Positions 8,338-11,128 of a stretch of DNA of 11,128 nt are shown here, in pieces. Below the pieces are notes generated by a model. That model was not told the DNA's origin. It was given only the letters and a program-made list of their open reading frames with translations, and made no database searches. Location: assembly GCA_000388065.2 (NCBI GenBank), contig KB932208.1; one strand, given 5' to 3'. The position numbers and the translations under genes are program-made. The stretch's first letter is position 1, and every line of letters begins with the position of its first letter. This DNA is from Fonticula alba ATCC 38817 (taxonomy: Eukaryota; Protista; Nucleariida).

Positions 8338-8366
8338 GGGGGGGGGGGGGGGGGGAGAAGACGGAC

Positions 8367-9836
8367 CTCTTTTTGCCGGATTCGGAGGGCTTTTCCAGGA
8401 GAACCTTGTCATTAAGGCCGAGTCGGCACTCGGGCATACCGGTCAGGAAGGACTTTACCATGATCTGGCCAGAGACATCGGCCTTGAGGATGGTACCTGA
8501 GTGGTGGGGGGTCACATGTGTGTGAGAGAAGAGGGAGAAAGAGGGAGAGGGGAGAGAAGGGGGGGGAACGGCGAGGAGGAAATCAGGGGCAGCACGATAG
8601 GAACCGTGCAGCCTGGCAAAAGGGAGCAGGGCGGGCGCGCACCCTTGTTGGAGATGACCAAATTGAGAGACTCGATGACATCAACGAAGCACTCATTGCG
8701 CTTGTGCTTGATGCCCTCCTTGCGCCAGGAGATCTTGCCGGTAGCCATGTTGGTGATGCGAGAGCTGTCGCGCTGTCGATCGGTGCAGACGGTCGAGGCA
8801 GAGAGAGAGAGAGGGGGAGAGAGAGAGAGGCAAAGAGGGGGGTGAGTGGCGGAGAGCAGGCCGAAGGCACGGACATAGGGGGTGTGGCGGTGTGAGAGAG
8901 GGCACGCACAATCAGCTTGTCCGGGTTGATGGTCTCCTGGGCAATGTACAGCTTGAGGGCATCAATCTCGGTGGTCTGGGGATAGCCAAAGTCCATGACC
9001 TCTGTGTGGGGCGAAGGAAGAGCAACACAAGTGGCCAGACGGGGAGAGGAAGGTGAGTGGATGAGTGTGTCCGCCCCCGGGGGGGGNNNNNNNNNNNNNN
9101 NGGGGGGGGCCGGATGAGAGGGAGAGAGAGAGAGAGAGGGAAAAATATGTGCGCACCGTCCAGGAGCTCATAGACGACAGGGTAGTTGGCGTGGAGGACA
9201 TCCTCGTTGAGCTTGCCAAAATAGGCACAAGTGATTTCGATAAACTTGTGAAGGAACTCGAAAACCTGCCAGCCAGAGACACATCCACAGGTGTGCGGGT
9301 GGGAGCGAGCGGGGGCGGATGAGTGTGCATATGGGTGCAGTAGAATGACAATCGCGGAGGCCCCAGGGTGAGCCATGACCATCGGGGAAAAGAGGAAGGG
9401 GGCAGGCGGAAGCAGCGGGCGGGAGGGGCAGAAGGGGCGGGAGGATGTCTGTGACAAAGAGACACGCACGAGGGTGGCGCTGACATTCTGCTTCGAGACA
9501 GCCACAAGGTAGAGGTCCTCATGGCGGATGTGGAAGAAGGTGGTCGAGCCGAAGGTGTGCAGCGGTGCCCGGACGTCGGGGTTGGACACAACATGGATCC
9601 GGAAGAGATCCGATACGGAGCGCCTGTAGCCGGCGGGAAGAGGGAGAGAGAGAGAGAGGGGGGGGGGAGGGGGAGCAGGGTTTCGAGTCAGGATAGGGGA
9701 GGGGGGAGCGGGGGCGACTGGGAGCGGGGGGGGGGAAACACCCTGGCGGTGGCAGACCGTACCGGATGTCAGCGCGGTACAGACGGAAAAGCTGGACCTC
9801 GCCCTTGTGGCTGTGGATAAACACGCCCGAAATCAT
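8367..9836 (-). CDS. AP2M1: AP-2 complex subunit mu (mu2), 5' part: coding exons 1-6
   Basis: Exons 9836-9763, 9623-9470, 9265-9157, 9001-8910, 8772-8643 and 8496-8367, all flanked by GT..AG with compatible phases. Translation MISGVFIHSHKGEVQLFRLYRADIR/RSVSDLFRIHVVSNPDVRAPLHTFGSTTFFHIRHEDLYLVAVSKQNVSATL/VFEFLHKF...YELLD/EVMDFGYPQTTEIDALKLYI.../RDSSRITNMATGKISWRKEGIKHKRNECFVDVIESLNL.../GTILKADVSGQIMVKSFLTGMPECRLGLNDK. The N-terminus resembles mu2 (human [25 protein letters not shown]) rather than mu1. All eight exons sum to 1293 nt (430 aa plus stop). Confidence 0.95.
9087..9101. other. Assembly gap (15 N) inside AP2M1 intron 3
   Basis: Run of N flanked by poly-G on both sides; exon order across this gap is normal and the intron spans 155 nt including the N. 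Confidence 0.99.
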
Positions 9837-9840
9837 CGCT

Positions 9841-9858
9841 CACACACACACACACACA
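9841..9858 (-). repeat. (TG)9 microsatellite immediately 5' of the AP2M1 start codon
   Basis: (CA)9 on the + strand, ending 4 nt before the ATG at 9836. Confidence 0.9.
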
Positions 9859-10632
9859 CGGGGTCTCGCACGGGCGCGGGCGGGGAGAGGGGCAGAGGAG
9901 AGGGGGTCGGAGGGAGGGGGGGGGGGCGAGGCGAGGCGCCCTGGGAGAAGGGTGGTACGAGGAGGGGGCAGGCGAGGGGGCACAAAGGTCGGAGGAGGGA
10001 GGGGGGGGGGGAGAGGAGTGTCGATGACCCTGCCGAAGCGCACACCCGGCGAGATCGGGAAAATAAAAATCCCCCGACCGCTTCCGGACAAGCCCAGGGC
10101 GCTGGGCGGGCGGAAACACCTTCCGGCCCGGGGCGGGAGAGTGCGAGACACGAAAGATCAAGAGCGGGCCGAAGAGCGATGAGACAAATGCCTGCTAGAG
10201 GGTGATGCCTCGCCAGGGCCGGGGACACCCGGGGGTGGGCGGCTGGGGGGGTGGCCACGGACCCCACGGAGCCCAGCAATCCGGAGACGCCCGAGGACGG
10301 CAGCGAGATCGACGGCCAGAAGCAGGAGGTCGCGGCGGCCGCGGCGGCTCCCGGCCAGGGGGACCAGGCGGAGGCGCGGTTGCTCCCGCGCCTCTCCGCC
10401 TCCCTGCCCGCGGCTGCGATGGGATGGACACCTTAGAGAGACGCCCTTCCCCCCCCCCCCCCCCAGCCGGCCGATTGCTCCGGAGGGCCCAGCCATCTGG
10501 CAGCCAGACCAGGGACCCCAAGAGGGCTGGACACCTCGGCAAGGGATTAGCCGTGGTAGATTTCCCGGACCCGCTCGTGCGGCGAAGGTGTCTAAGCTGG
10601 AGCCGTCGGCTCGGCTGGGGGTCTACACCCAT

Positions 10633-10655
10633 ACACACACACACACACACACACA
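10633..10655 (+). repeat. (AC)11 microsatellite
   Basis: Read directly from the sequence. Confidence 0.9.
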
Positions 10656-11128
10656 GCTCCGTGGAACAATCCTCTAGCGAGGGGGCGGGGGGAGGGAAAC
10701 AATCGACCTGCATTCGTTTCCCGGCCACCGGGCCGGCCAGCCGCCTTGTCTAAGGCGCATCGTGCTACACCAACGATGGCCAGGGAAGCCGGGGCGGAGA
10801 GCGTCCTTGGTCCGGGTCTCTTTTTCCCCCCCCCCCCCCCCCCCCCGCCCCGCCGTCCCGTCCACTGGCTACCTCTCCGAGGCCTGCCTGGGCTGCTCTC
10901 CCGGCCTCCCGGTCGCCTGGAAATTCCCCACCAAGGCCATATTCTGGAGATGTGGAGTGTCCGCGTGATATTTTTCGGGGGCGTGATGAGGCGGCTCGTC
11001 CCTGCCCTTGTGTCTGATGTGTGATCAGGGGCTTCCACTTTGGCAGGACACCAGCCGCGCCCGGCCCCGGGTGGTGGGCAAATCGCGGGCCTTCTCTGGA
11101 CTTACAACGGGGGGGGGGGGGGGGGGGG

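Noticed and set aside
7416-8366. Splicing of AP2M1 exon 6 to the same-strand acidic exon, giving a chimeric mu2 isoform
   Set aside because: Phases are incompatible (donor phase 2, acceptor phase 1), and the true exon 7 is present at 2257.
286-8525. Numerous long ORFs in the supplied track (e.g. 286-1533, 2281-3231, 3313-4380, 6030-7145, 6676-8415, 7013-8515)
   Set aside because: They are shadow or read-through frames caused by high GC, homopolymers and N gaps; only the exon segments described above have homology or codon-bias support.
9837-9842. 5' UTR intron acceptor just before the AP2M1 ATG
   Set aside because: The AG is preceded by G (GAG, a rare acceptor) within a TG repeat, and no clear donor was identified.
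10150-10182. U2 snRNA-like words (aagatcaag on +, atcgctcttcggcc on -)
   Set aside because: The two words are on opposite strands, and there is no GTAGTA branch-recognition sequence or Sm site.
10964-11020. C/D box snoRNA-like motifs (GTGATGA at 10983-10989, CTGA at 11014-11017)
   Set aside because: The boxes are only ~24 nt apart, with no convincing terminal stem, no D'/C' pair and no recognisable rRNA guide.
1-11128. tRNA, rRNA, CRISPR array or transposable element
   Set aside because: I saw no cloverleaf, rRNA motif, repeat-spacer array, terminal repeats with target-site duplication, or transposase/RT motifs.

Overview
GC-rich, intron-rich eukaryotic DNA. It contains four assembly gaps (N at 2357-2366, 3945-3954, 7533-8337, 9087-9101), giving segments A=1-2356, B=2367-3944, C=3955-7532, D=8338-9086 and E=9102-11128. 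Manual splicing reconstructs two complete housekeeping genes: proteasome subunit alpha-6 (PSMA1/PRE5, + strand, 6 coding exons, 326 aa) and the AP-2 adaptor mu subunit (AP2M1, - strand, 8 coding exons, 430 aa). There is also the terminal exon of an unidentified acidic low-complexity protein (- strand, 6670-7415). The most striking feature is the exon layout. The PSMA1 3' exons (67-955) lie upstream of its 5' exons (3257-3924), and AP2M1 exon 6 and exon 7 are 6.1 kb apart, whereas every uninterrupted intron is 109-204 nt. Reordering the segments to B-A-D-E repairs both genes with matching splice phases, and the visible breaks fall in C/G tracts at gaps. A scaffolding error is therefore the most likely explanation; real trans-splicing, nesting or duplication is less likely but testable. 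The best candidates for real novelty are an ~85-aa internal insertion in proteasome alpha-6 and a strong C preference at position +4 of the 5' splice sites. The alpha-6 motif GPHLLEFSPAG looks fungal-type, which suggests a fungus-related opisthokont protist; this is inference only. I found no tRNA, rRNA, CRISPR array or mobile element. Most long ORFs in the supplied track are GC-rich shadow frames.
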